A stretch of DNA of 63,739 nt, counting the filler, from an uncultured Methanosarcinales archaeon (GTDB taxonomy: Archaea; Nanobdellota; Nanobdellia; Woesearchaeales; CAZKBD01): NCBI GenBank assembly GCA_964550945.1. It is 24 parts of 24 records of this genome, joined end to end, with 100 filler letters (N's around TTAATTAATTAA, not from the genome) between each part and the next. Parts side by side here need not be neighbours in the genome. Positions count along the whole stretch, not along the records: positions 61,672 to 63,739 come from CAZKBD010000162.1; 23 more parts are not named here. The stretch is one strand, 5' to 3'. The position numbers and the translations under genes are program-made. Within the stretch, counting starts at the first letter, position 1; every line of letters begins with the position of its first letter. Shown here piece after piece: positions 62,936-63,739 of this stretch. The notes under the pieces are model-generated. The model saw nothing but the letters and a program-made list of their open reading frames with translations. It had not been told where the DNA came from and did no database searches.

Positions 62936-63462
62936 AAGCTAAACTAGTGCTGTTGTTTATAGTAATTCTGGTTTTAGCCAGCAGCGCATATGCTTTTGGC
63001 AGGATTTTTGTTATCAGCCTTAACTATAATCAAGGAGAATTTAGCATAAATGACAAGCTACTCAAATATGGCTATTACCCTGACAATAAGATACAGCCAG
63101 ATGATGGGTATTATGTCTGCGAAATCATTTCAGATAAGGATGAATTATTGTATTCATTCAAATTTGAAGTTCCTTTGAGGATCTATCTGGATTCAAGCGC
63201 TGAAGTGACTAAACGGCTTTCTGGAGGATATATTTTGCTTGATAAGGTTGATTTTGCCTTGATTTTGCCATATTTTGACAATGCCAAAGAGATAAGGATT
63301 TACAAGCCAACAGGCAAAACAAAAAGTTTGAAGCTTAGCATTGATGCTGAAGATATCAGATTAAGCAAAGCAAATATTATGGTTTATGGCTCAGCTTTTG
63401 GTGCTTCGATTTTATTGGTATTGCTGCTTCTTTTAATAAGGAAACTAAAAAATAGAAGATAG
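62932..63462 (+). CDS. Membrane-anchored hypothetical protein
   Basis: Signal peptide, LPYF.NAK.I.IY, C-terminal TM. Confidence 0.65.
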   Translation: MKAKLVLLFIVILVLASSAYAFGRIFVISLNYNQGEFSINDKLLKYGYYPDNKIQPDDGYYVCEIISDKDELLYSFKFEVPLRIYLDSSAEVTKRLSGGYILLDKVDFALILPYFDNAKEIRIYKPTGKTKSLKLSIDAEDIRLSKANIMVYGSAFGASILLVLLLLLIRKLKNRR

Positions 63463-63549
63463 TAAACGACATTATTTATCGGGCAATTGTGTCGCTTACT
63501 AAGATAGCGAAAGTTATATAAAGGGTTTTTTAATTCTGAAGAATGAAAT

Positions 63550-63662
63550 GCCCTAGTAGCTTAGTAGGTTTTTTCTGTTTATCAGAAAACTATAAAGAGC
63601 GCGTGACTGTTAAACTAGGTTTAGAAATCACGAGGTCGACAGTTCGAGTCTGTCCTAGGGCG
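63550..63662 (+). tRNA. tRNA-Asn(GTT) with two introns (20/21, 26 nt; 37/38, 14 nt)
   Basis: GCCCTAG/CTAGGGC acceptor, CGTGA/TCACG anticodon stem, GACAG-TTCGAGT-CTGTC. Confidence 0.92.
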
Positions 63663-63672
63663 TATCTTTCAT

Positions 63673-63739
63673 GGCTCCGTAGCTTAGCCTGGTGGAGTGC
63701 TCGTTTTCCAGAAAGGAAAAGCAAAACTGATAAACTGGG
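63673..63739 (+). tRNA. Partial tRNA, probably Ile(GAT), with an intron in the anticodon stem
   Basis: GGCTCCG-TAGCTTAGCCTGGTGGAGTG 5' half, hairpin insert, then CT-GAT-A; cut by window end. Confidence 0.65.

Noticed and set aside
1..63739. CRISPR array, rRNA genes, extra remote DGR targets
   Set aside because: No repeat-spacer periodicity, rRNA-like sequence or third TGCGTGGGGTAC plus hairpin seen by eye; a computational scan could still find weak cases

Overview
This window is not one locus. It is 24 short contigs (about 2.1-3.2 kb, in roughly decreasing length) joined by 100-nt artificial linkers (44 N + TTAATTAATTAA + 44 N), so gene adjacency means something only within a contig. The gene content (RadA, aIF2-alpha, Nop10, S27e, S10, EF-1alpha, PAC2, intron-containing tRNAs, TATA-box promoters) indicates an archaeon, probably DPANN/Woesearchaeota-like, from a MAG or single-cell assembly. 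Main results: (1) Two independent diversity-generating retroelements (24088-26674 and 43166-45544) share one layout: Y1/HUH IS200-type tnpA, target gene with variable repeat and GAA-loop hairpin, a roughly 270-nt covarying structured RNA that encloses the template repeat, then reverse transcriptase. No avd gene is visible, and the TnpA is the best conserved component. (2) A Phe/Tyr-rich leader peptide with mutually exclusive hairpins lies upstream of a chorismate mutase operon, resembling bacterial ribosome-mediated attenuation. (3) Several families of nested palindromic mini-elements occur, one immediately after the DGR1 RT. (4) tRNAs carry multiple or non-canonical BHB introns. All calls come from reading the sequence by eye; no database searches were run.
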